Positions 1 to 8,527 of a stretch of 64,000 nucleotides of DNA are shown piece by piece. The notes beneath the pieces are model-generated. The model was not told the origin of the DNA. It was given only the letters and a program-made list of their open reading frames with translations, and did not search any database. The stretch spans positions 81,964,001 through 82,028,000 of the forward strand of contig CM060732.1 of assembly GCA_030704615.1 (NCBI GenBank), given 5' to 3'. Origin of the DNA: Takakia lepidozioides. Lineage: Eukaryota; Plantae; Bryophyta. How positions within the stretch are numbered: position 1 is the first letter of the stretch; the number at the start of each line of letters is the position of its first letter. The position numbers and the translations under genes were made by a program.

Positions 1-2368
1 CGTTGATGCTCCCGCATTTGGCATACATATCCACAAGAGCATTGCCCAGAATGATATCTGGTACAATTCTAGCTTTCATTATGTGGGCATGAACCTCTTT
101 GCCCTTCTCTAGGGCTGCCAGGCTGGCACATGCATTGCAAACACAAATAAACGTGACATGGTTGGGCTTCACCCCTTCCCTGATCATCTGCGCATAGGTC
201 TCCACAGCCTCTATCCCACACCCATGCTGGGCATATCCTGTGATCATTGCAGTCCATGACACGACGTCTCGTTCAGCCATATTATTGAACACTCCCTTTG
301 CATCCTCAATGCTCCCACATTTGGCATACATGTCCAGGAGGGTATTGTCCAAGACGATATCTGCTGTAATTCCCGCATTCGTGATGTCAGCATGGACTTC
401 TTTGGCCTTTTCCAGGGCTCCCATGCTGGCACACGCATTGCAAACACCAACAAATGTGACCTGGTCAGGTTTCACCCCTTCCCAAATCATTTGCTCATAG
501 GTCTTCAAAGCCTCGAGTCCACACCCATGTTGGGCATATCCTGTGATCATCACACTCCAGGACACCACATCTCGTTCAGCCATATTGTCAAACACTACTT
601 TTGCATCCTTGATGCTCCCACATTTGGCATACAGGTTGATGAGGGCAGTGTCCAGGATGATATTTGGCATAATTCCAGCTTCCATGATTCTGGCATGGAT
701 CTCTTTGCCCTTTTCCAGGGCTGCCAAGCTGGCACATGCATTGCAAATGCAAACAAACGTGACATGGTCGGGCTTCACCCCTTCCCACATCATTTGCTCA
801 TAGGTCTCCAAAGCCTCCATCTCACACCCATGCTGGGCATATCCTGCAACCATTGCATTCCAGGACACCACATCTCGTTCAGCCATATTGTTGAACACTC
901 TTTTTGCATCCACAATGCTCCTGCATTTGGCATACATGTACACGAGGGCATTGCCCAAGATGATGTTTGGGACAATCCCAGCATTTATAATATCAGCATG
1001 GACCTCTTTGCCCTTGTCCAGGGCTGCCAGGCTGGCACAAGCATTGCAAATGGAAACGAAGGTGACCTGGTCTGGTTTCACCCCTTCCTGTATCATTTGA
1101 TCATAGGTCTCCAAAGCCTCCAGCCCACACCCATGCTGGGCGTATCCTGCAATCATCGCATTCCATGTCACTACATCACGTTCAGCCATTTTTGCAAACA
1201 CCCCTTTTGCAACCTCAATGCTCCCACATTTGGCATACATGTCCACAAGGGTAGTGTCCAGGATGATGTTTGGCGCAATTCCAGCTTTCACGATGTCGGC
1301 ATGGACTTCTCTGCCCTTTTGTAGGGAGGCCAGGCTAGCACAAGCCTTGAGAACGCAAATGAACGTGACTCGGTTGGGTGTCACCCCTTCCCGCTTCATA
1401 TGCTTATAGGTCTCCAAGGCCTCCCTACAATATCCCTGCTTGGCATACCCTGCCATCATTATATTCCATGTAATCAAACTTCGATCGGGCATTTGGTCAA
1501 ACACTTGGCATGCATCCTCAATGCTCCCGCACTTGGCATGCATGTTGATGAGGGTGTTATGTAGAAAGATGTCTGGCTTGAATCCACTTTGGATAATATG
1601 GGCATGCACTTGCTTTCCCTCTGCTAGGCCTTTCATTTTGATGCACTGCTGCAAGAGAGAGACATAAGTTTTGGAGTCTGCCACAATGCCTCCTTCCTTC
1701 AAAATCTGCAAAGTCTCCTTCAATTGTCCTGCCTTACATAGTGTCCTCACATCCCCACACCTTTCGAAGGGGGTCGCTATGACATGGGTGCCTGCGTTGC
1801 ACAGCATTGCTGACACTGCTTTCAATTGACCACCTACCCATAGAGGTTTCTTGTTGCCATCAATCCATAGCCCGTTGTTGGTACTATTGTGCTCGATTTC
1901 TTGTCCTCTAGGATAGATTCTGCCTTGATTCTCCAAGGGTTGACAGGGATTTGAAAAATATTTCTTCCAAATCTTCTCCTTGTCTGTTTTTTCAATTTTC
2001 GAATATTTGGTCCTAGCTGCATCCAGTTTCTCCAACTCACCCTTCACCCAAGCAGGTTTCGTGGAGCTATCAATCGGTGGCCCCTCATTGGTATTCTTGT
2101 GATTGAAATCTGGTTCTCTAGGATGGATCTTTCTGCCTCTATTGTCCCACAATCGACTGGGGTCTACAAAACAATCGTCACAAAGGTTCGTATTTTGGCA
2201 TTTGTGGCCTCCTTCCTGATTCCCATGTACATGAACGTGGCCCTGCTCTACTAATCGCCACTGCCCTGCAATTGCATTGAGACTCTTTGAAGCATATCCT
2301 AATGCAATGAAGTTCGGAAAATGCACGGAGCTGCGGGACCATGCCATACCTATCGTACTCGCTACCAT
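1..2368 (-). CDS. PLS-class pentatricopeptide repeat protein (PPR-A) with two N-terminal OSB-type PDF-like motifs; runs off the left edge, C-terminus not visible
   Basis: Absent from the ORF track because it has no stop in the window. Manual translation from ATG 2368: MVASTIGMAWSRSS...DCFVDPSRLWDNRGRKIHPREPDFNHKNTNE...KPAWVKGEL...KIWKKYFSNPCQPLENQGRIYPRG...NGLWIDGNKKPLWVGGQL...DVRTLCKAGQLKETLQIL, then P-L-S triplets (MYAKCGS, WNAMIAGYAQHG, TFICV..ACA) at ~303-nt period. The frame at position 28 agrees with the ATG. Confidence 0.9.
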   Translation of the reverse strand, partial: MVASTIGMAWSRSSVHFPNFIALGYASKSLNAIAGQWRLVEQGHVHVHGNQEGGHKCQNTNLCDDCFVDPSRLWDNRGRKIHPREPDFNHKNTNEGPPIDSSTKPAWVKGELEKLDAARTKYSKIEKTDKEKIWKKYFSNPCQPLENQGRIYPRGQEIEHNSTNNGLWIDGNKKPLWVGGQLKAVSAMLCNAGTHVIATPFERCGDVRTLCKAGQLKETLQILKEGGIVADSKTYVSLLQQCIKMKGLAEGKQVHAHIIQSGFKPDIFLHNTLINMHAKCGSIEDACQVFDQMPDRSLITWNIMMAGYAKQGYCREALETYKHMKREGVTPNRVTFICVLKACASLASLQKGREVHADIVKAGIAPNIILDTTLVDMYAKCGSIEVAKGVFAKMAERDVVTWNAMIAGYAQHGCGLEALETYDQMIQEGVKPDQVTFVSICNACASLAALDKGKEVHADIINAGIVPNIILGNALVYMYAKCRSIVDAKRVFNNMAERDVVSWNAMVAGYAQHGCEMEALETYEQMMWEGVKPDHVTFVCICNACASLAALEKGKEIHARIMEAGIMPNIILDTALINLYAKCGSIKDAKVVFDNMAERDVVSWSVMITGYAQHGCGLEALKTYEQMIWEGVKPDQVTFVGVCNACASMGALEKAKEVHADITNAGITADIVLDNTLLDMYAKCGSIEDAKGVFNNMAERDVVSWTAMITGYAQHGCGIEAVETYAQMIREGVKPNHVTFICVCNACASLAALEKGKEVHAHIMKARIVPDIILGNALVDMYAKCGSIN

Positions 2369-3261
2369 GGCTGCTCCCTCTCGGACTTATACCATGGCTG
2401 CTCCTGCTCGAATTTTCGCAATATGCACTGCCGCCTTCCAGCGGGCAGGTTGAAGCTGTCCTAACCCTCCTCAAGTCAGATCTGCTGCAGCTGACAGACT
2501 GCACTACCCGACTCAGGTCCCTTGAGTCACAGCAAACGGTCCCTCTGTTTCCAAGAGAAACATTTTGAAAACTGACGCACTTCCATTTACTAGAGATGAG
2601 AATGGACCTCAGTCCCTGCAGGAAGAAGTGGAAGGAAGTGGGCACTAGATCAGCCATTGCAACAGAGGAGTCTTGCGTTATGCAGCATCAGCACTCTGCA
2701 CCTCATATGACCAGCGATGGCATGGCTACTTAGTGCGAGGTATCAAGCTTTCCTAGTTCCCACCTGCAGGTTTAGAGATTTAGGGCTTACTTGGTACGCC
2801 CCAGGGCGCTTTTTTGTGGATCAAAGCTGAGCTGGAAGTTATGTACGTATGACAGCAGTCATCTCCCTACATCTTCTTCCCACCATTGATTGGTGTCGGA
2901 AATATATTCATAACCGGCTGATGTTGCATCTCGATGCTGTGAGTGCCCAGAGAACGACCCTCTTCAGGACCATCAAGAACATAGCCTCTGCACTTAAGTT
3001 CACCAACTTGCAATATCGGCTGAGCCTAAAGCCCTGGCCCTGTTTGGGTCTTATTGCTGGGCAGCTCACACACAGTCGATTTGATGCTTGTGTGAAGGGC
3101 TTTTCTGGAGGAAATCCGGCAAGCCAGAATCGTCTATATCAAGGTAAGTCCCACAACTGGAGTGAGCCCCTCACAAAGGTAGTGTCTATCCCACTTGTAC
3201 TGCCCCAACCGGGCGCAGGGTCTGTGGCCACAAGGCTTTGGCTAACAATTTCTTATGCGTA

Positions 3262-3264
<3 letters not shown>

Positions 3265-3310
<46 letters not shown>
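3265..3310. repeat. (TC)n microsatellite, ~23 units
   Basis: Perfect tc run directly 5' of the LINE fragment. Confidence 0.97.
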
Positions 3311-3315
<5 letters not shown>

Positions 3316-3316
3316 A

Positions 3317-3878
3317 AGGCTTACAACGCTCCCATTAGTTTTTCTGAGGTTGTGGAAGCAATTGACCAGTTAAACGGATATAAAGCTGGTGGACCTGATG
3401 GCATAGTCAACGAGCTTATCAAGCACGGCGGCGATCCCATGATAGAGGCCCTTGTACTTCTCTTTAACCTTATCTGGAGGACTGAAATGATCCCCTTTCG
3501 CTGGCGACAGGGGGTCATTGTCAATCTATACAAGAAGGGTGACAGAGAAGAACCGGGAAACTACCGAGGCATCACGCTCCTCAATGCGGATGGCAAGATA
3601 TTCTGCAGAGTTACAAGTACTCGTCTCGAGGTTGATCTGGAATCTAGAGGTTGTTTCCACGAAGGCCAAGCTGGCTTTTGGCGAAACAGGGGCTGTGTGG
3701 ATCATGTCTTCACTCTAAGCCAGATTATCCAGGGGACGAAAAAAGAATGGAAACCCACTTTTGTTTTTTTCTTGGATGTCAAAAAGGCTTATGACACGAT
3801 GTGGGAGAAACGGTCTATGGCTCCGACTTTGGTCATGTGGGATCAAGGGAAAGATGTGGAGAGTTGTCCATAACCTTT
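3317..3878 (+). mobile_element. Non-LTR retrotransposon (LINE) reverse-transcriptase fragment, frameshifted and truncated at both ends
   Basis: KAGGPDGIVNELIK, YKKGDREEPGNYRGITLLN, QAGFWRNRGCVDHVFTL and FLDVKKAYD; after a frameshift near 3803 it continues RNGLWLRLWSCGIKGKMWRVVHNL. These are N-terminal LINE RT motifs; no YADD is reached. Confidence 0.9.
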
Positions 3879-3880
3879 CA

Positions 3881-6577
3881 CCATACTTCAGACATAATTG
3901 CCTAAAGGAGGCTTTCTGGATTGAGCATTTGCTGAACCCTCTGTGGGGGAAAGCCAAGGCAACCGGCATGATACAAGGTCAAGCACGCTCTGGTGATGGT
4001 CCAGCTCATGGTCGAAGGACAGAGTCTCGTCAAACAAGGGCTGCAGATGAATATGATTATCACCCACAATCAGCCTTGCTTGAAGCATCAAAAGAGGGAG
4101 TCAACAACAACTGTTCTCACACTCGTGGGGATGTGAGGACTCTATGTAAGGCAGGACGTCTGAAGGATGTGCTGCACATTTTGAACCAAGGAGACATGCA
4201 GGTAGATGCCAATACATATATTTGTGTCTTGCAGGAGTGTACCGCCATGAAAGGCCTAAGAGAGGGAAAGCAGGTGCATGCCCACATCACCCGAAGTGGA
4301 ATCAAGCCAAACATCTTTCTACTAAATACCCTCGTCAACATGTATGCAAAGTGCGGGAGTGTGGAGGATGCACGCCAAGTGTTTGACAAAATGACTGAAC
4401 GAGATATTTATACATGGAATATAATTCTGGGAGGATATGCAAAACATGGGGGTGGTAGGGAGGCTTTTGAGATGTATGAGCAAATGCAAGGGGGAGGGGT
4501 GACACCTGATAGGGTCACATTCATTTGCATTCTGAATGCGTGTGCCAGCCTTGGAGCCCAGAGCAAGGGCAAAGAGGTGCATGCTGATATCATCAAAGCT
4601 AGAATTGGCCTAGATATCATTCTGGAGACTGCCATTGCTGCTATGTATGCCAAATGTGGGAGCCTAAGGGATGCACGCATAGTGTTTGACAGTATGGCCC
4701 ACCGAAATGTGATATCCTGGAATGTGATGATCACAGGATATTCTCAGCATGGTTGTGGTAGGGAGGCTTTGGGTATTTATGAGCAAATGATACAAGAGGG
4801 GATGAAGCCCAACAAGGTCACATTCATTTGCGTTCTCCATGCGTGTGCCAGCCTAGGAGCCCTGGAAAAGGGCAAAGAGGTCCATGCTGACATCATCAAA
4901 GCTGGAATTGCATCATATATCAATTTGGAGAACGCGCTTGTTACCATGTATGCCAAATGTGGGAGCGTGGTGGATGCGCAGCAAGTGTTTGACAGAATGA
5001 CACAACGAAATACAGTCTCATGGAATGCATTGATCGCAGGATATGCACAGCATGGTTATGGTAGGGAGGCTTTGGAGAGCTATGAGCAAATGATACGGGA
5101 TGGCGGGATCCCAGATAAGTTCACGTTCACTTGTGTTCTCAATGTGTGTGCCAGCTTGGCAAGCCTGGAAAAGGGTCAGAAGGTCCATGCTTACATCATA
5201 AAAGCTGGGATTGTTTCAGACATCATTTTGGAGACTGCCCTTGTTAACATGTATGCCAAGTGCAGGAACATGAAGAATGCACTCCAAGTGTTTGATAAAA
5301 TGGCTGACCGAGATGTGGTCTCATGGAGTGCAATGATTGCAGGATATGTTCAGCATGGTTGTGGTATGGAGGCTTTTCTGATCTACGAGCAGATGATACG
5401 GGAAGGAGTCACTCCCAACAGGGTCACTTTCATTTGTGCTCTCAATGCATGTGCCAACCTGGCAGCCCTGAAAAAGGGCAAAGAGGTCCATGCTAACATC
5501 ATCGAAGCTGGAATTGCCTCAAGCATTAATTTGGAGAATGCCCTTGTAAGCATGTATTTGAAATGTGGAAGCATGAAGAATGCACGTCAAGTGTTTGACC
5601 ACATGGCTGAACGAGATGTTGTCTCTTGGAGCTCCATGATTACAGGATATGCTCAGCATGAGAGTGGTAGGGGGGCTCTTGAGACCTACGAGCAAATGAT
5701 ACAGGAAGGGGTTACTCCCGACATTGTCACATTCACTTGTGTTCTCAATGCATGTGCCAGCCTGGCAGCACTGGGAAGGGGCAAAAAGGTCCATGCAGAC
5801 ATTGTCAAAGCTGGCATTCCATCAGATATCATTCTAGAGAGTGCCCTTGCTGCCATGTATGCGAAATGCGGGGACATGAAGGATGCACGTCAAGTGTTTG
5901 ACAATATGGCTGTACGAGATGTCGTCTCTTGGAGTGTGATCATTGCAGGATATGCTCAGCATGGGTGTGCTGTGGAGGCCCTGCAACTATTCGAACAAAT
6001 GCCAAAGGAATGCCTGAAGCCAGACAGTATTACCTATCTATGTGTTCTCTCTGCATGTAGCTATGTGGGCCTAGTGGATGAAGGCTATCACTATTTTGAT
6101 TCCATGAGTCGAGATCATGGCCTCACTCCTGCAGTAGAACATTTTGGCTGCATGGTGGACCTTCTTGGCCGAGCAGGGCGATTGGGTGAGGCAGAGGACT
6201 TCATTAACAAAATGCCAACTGAACCAGATGCTTCTGTGTTGGGGGCCTTGCTTGGTGCCTGCAGAATCCATGGGAACGTGGAGGTTGCTGAACGTGCAGC
6301 ACAACACCTTCTGAAGCGGGACTCACAGGATGCTGCAACTTATGTGCTTCTTTCGAACATCTATGCTGCTGCTGGCAGATGGGATGATACAGCAAAGGTG
6401 AGAAGAATGATGCAGGACAGGGGTTTCAGGAAGGAACCAGGGTGCAGCTTGATTGAGGTGGACAACCAGGTGCATACATTCATTGTAGATGACAAATTGC
6501 ATCGACAAAATGATGAAATCCATGCTGCTGAACTGGTTGTCTGGGGAGATGAGTGTGGCTGGGTATATGCAGCCTGA
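3881..6577 (+). CDS. PLS-class PPR protein (PPR-B) with E1/E2, PG box and a frameshifted, truncated DYW start (E+-like); native 5' end replaced by LINE sequence; first downstream ATG at 3968
   Basis: ORF 3761-6577 has ~6 P1-L1-S1 triplets, P2-L2-S2 (HFGCMVDLLGRAG), E (LGALLGACRIHGN, TYVLLSNIYAAAGRW) and KEPGCSLIEVDNQVHTF. The DYW continuation (LSGEMSVAGYMQPDTGCVL) lies in another frame and stops. Residues PYFRHNCLKEAFWIEHLLNPLW (3881-3946) resemble the C-half of a PDF motif. Confidence 0.88.
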   Translation, partial: PYFRHNCLKEAFWIEHLLNPLWGKAKATGMIQGQARSGDGPAHGRRTESRQTRAADEYDYHPQSALLEASKEGVNNNCSHTRGDVRTLCKAGRLKDVLHILNQGDMQVDANTYICVLQECTAMKGLREGKQVHAHITRSGIKPNIFLLNTLVNMYAKCGSVEDARQVFDKMTERDIYTWNIILGGYAKHGGGREAFEMYEQMQGGGVTPDRVTFICILNACASLGAQSKGKEVHADIIKARIGLDIILETAIAAMYAKCGSLRDARIVFDSMAHRNVISWNVMITGYSQHGCGREALGIYEQMIQEGMKPNKVTFICVLHACASLGALEKGKEVHADIIKAGIASYINLENALVTMYAKCGSVVDAQQVFDRMTQRNTVSWNALIAGYAQHGYGREALESYEQMIRDGGIPDKFTFTCVLNVCASLASLEKGQKVHAYIIKAGIVSDIILETALVNMYAKCRNMKNALQVFDKMADRDVVSWSAMIAGYVQHGCGMEAFLIYEQMIREGVTPNRVTFICALNACANLAALKKGKEVHANIIEAGIASSINLENALVSMYLKCGSMKNARQVFDHMAERDVVSWSSMITGYAQHESGRGALETYEQMIQEGVTPDIVTFTCVLNACASLAALGRGKKVHADIVKAGIPSDIILESALAAMYAKCGDMKDARQVFDNMAVRDVVSWSVIIAGYAQHGCAVEALQLFEQMPKECLKPDSITYLCVLSACSYVGLVDEGYHYFDSMSRDHGLTPAVEHFGCMVDLLGRAGRLGEAEDFINKMPTEPDASVLGALLGACRIHGNVEVAERAAQHLLKRDSQDAATYVLLSNIYAAAGRWDDTAKVRRMMQDRGFRKEPGCSLIEVDNQVHTFIVDDKLHRQNDEIHAAELVVWGDECGWVYAA

Positions 6578-7049
6578 CACAGGGTGTGTGTTGCCTGATG
6601 TGGTCACCCTTCCAGATTTGTTTGTAATATCCTTCGTTATCCCCATAGATCGAGCCATTTGCCGCATCCAATTTCTCATTATACCCTCTCCACAATTGAT
6701 TCCCCTTTAAACCAAAAATGATCACGAGAATTATATTTGCAGCTCAAGAACAAGTGTCCGCTCTCGCTGCCAGGTGGCATATGACTGAGCAGAATCAAAT
6801 GTCCGTAGAACGTCCGGATCCTAACAATATAGAGGCCGACTCATTTGCTCATTCTGAAAACGTTTTCACTGACACTTTATAGTTCTTCTACGATATGCGA
6901 ACAACAGACACAAATAGTATGTAAACATCATAACTAGAAACACAAGAACCAACAGACACAAAAACAGATATGATACATTTGCAACAGATACCAAAATAGG
7001 TAAGGTATATAGCGCAAAAAGCCTTTGCCCTCAGCGTCCACAAATGTTG

Positions 7050-7395
7050 AACCATCAGGTTTATGCAATTCACTATTACCTGTGATCAGAAAAATAGTGA
7101 AACAATAGAACGCCATTCGCTTTTGAACACCTCTCGCGTAATTTGCTTGGTTCCCAGGACAGTCTAAAATCAACTGCTCCTGCTCCTCCTTGTAACTGAT
7201 GCCCTCAACTTTTCGCCTCTCAGTATTAGCACCAGCGTCTCTACTCATCTCCATGGCCTTGTTAATGGCACGAGTCGTTTTTATAAAAAACGGATGCTCG
7301 GTGATTTTAAATCTTGGTTCATGAACACCAGTACGACACGCCCGATTCTCCTGTTCCCGAACGATCATCCTGTTGAAGCTCATATAGATATTCAT
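7050..7395 (-). mobile_element. Crypton/DUF3504-like tyrosine-recombinase fragment (degenerate)
   Basis: FKITEHPFFIKTTRAINKAMEMSRDAGANTERRKVEGISYKEEQEQLILD...QKRMAFYCFTIFLITGNSELH resembles the Crypton/KCTD1/ZMYM pattern 'F....L...MK.....G....K+AE.I+.EEE..L.......L...+FY....F.LRG..E'. The expected catalytic R reads T. Recognised by eye only. Confidence 0.5.
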
Positions 7396-7590
7396 GAGGG
7401 ATGAGGCAGGGTAACTTCGTGGGGATGCTCTTACTATACTAACATACTATTTGAAGTTAGGTTTCCCTGTGGATCTTTTAAGGGTGAGCACGACGGACGG
7501 AGCGGGCGGGCCGCCGTGGGGAGTGGCGGGCTGTGCGCAGGCCGGGCACTGGGAGCGTGGGGCCCGCTCCAAGGGGGACACGGAGTAGAG

Positions 7591-8043
7591 GCCTTTATTG
7601 CCTGACTTCAAAGAATTCCGGGGCGTTTTGCAGCTTCTCCTCGTCTCTGTTAGCTGTTTCTGGATACTTTCCAGTCGCCACATTGGCAGTATCATGTCAA
7701 CATCACTCCAACTTACCTCCGTAGATCCACCCAAGGAGCTAACTTGCAGAATTCGTTGAAGAAGGTGCCTTCATTAGCAGCGCCTGGTTTGATCAATTGT
7801 GCCGCCACCAGTTGACCATCTACCCCTTCAGGTTTCTTGTAGCTATAGATCCACAGGGGATTATAGGTAATCTTGCGCTTGAAATCCGGTCCTCTTGGGT
7901 GAATCTGGACCCACAATCCATCCCTGCTCCTTCAGCTATCCATGCCTCGGCCAATGTGGCTGCACGAAAGTATCTCAAAACAGCTAACAGAGACGAGGAG
8001 AAGCTGTGGAATGAACACTTTTCAATGGTGGGGCAATCGAGGC
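7591..8043. repeat. Inverted repeat built from decayed PDF-motif coding sequence
   Basis: 7631-7696 versus the reverse complement of 7941-8006 is 55/66 identical without gaps, and the first 29 bp are perfect. Weaker similarity extends to ggcaataaaggc/ggcaatcgaggc. The loop encodes IHPRGPDFKRKITYNPLWIYSYKKPEGVDGQL on the minus strand. Confidence 0.85.
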
Positions 8044-8527
8044 GAAAAGGTGAATAATGCCGGTTAGATTACAAAGAGAAACAGACAACAAGATGCAATG
8101 CCAAGCTTTGCTGGAAATTGTCATCCTCTCTCTCCCCGGCACATTTTCTAGGTCTTGGGGAGCAATTCAGCTTAGGAATTAGTGTGTGATAAATTCCCTT
8201 TCCGAGGAGTTGATTATGTTCCAATGTGTTAGTCTCATGGCTGGCACATATATGTAGTCTACCGTTACACCTCTGTCCTTGCAGCAGCTGGGTTCCATTC
8301 ACAACTTTATGTATGGATGTGTCTGAGAGAGAGGAAGAGAGAGATCGATTGCTGTTGGTTAATCGAGGGACCTCAGTAGGGGCTGGATCACGGTGGTCAG
8401 CGACAGCGGATACCGACAACCTTTTTATTGGAAGCAGATCTGATCTAACTGGGCTCTGTACAACAGCTTCCAACCTACACACTGGAAGGCTGCAGCGCAG
8501 GGCGCAACAGTTCGAGAAGGGGTAGCC

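Noticed and set aside
392-1324. 310-aa plus-strand ORF and many short ORFs overlapping the PPR genes
   Set aside because: Antisense or alternative-frame shadows of the repetitive PPR coding sequence.
2178-2657. 159-aa minus ORF as the N-terminus of PPR-A
   Set aside because: Out of frame with the PPR array; homology with PPR-C places the start at ATG 2368.
7631-8006. Pack-MULE/MITE interpretation of the inverted repeat
   Set aside because: The arms are homologous to PDF-linker coding sequence, and no TSD was found.
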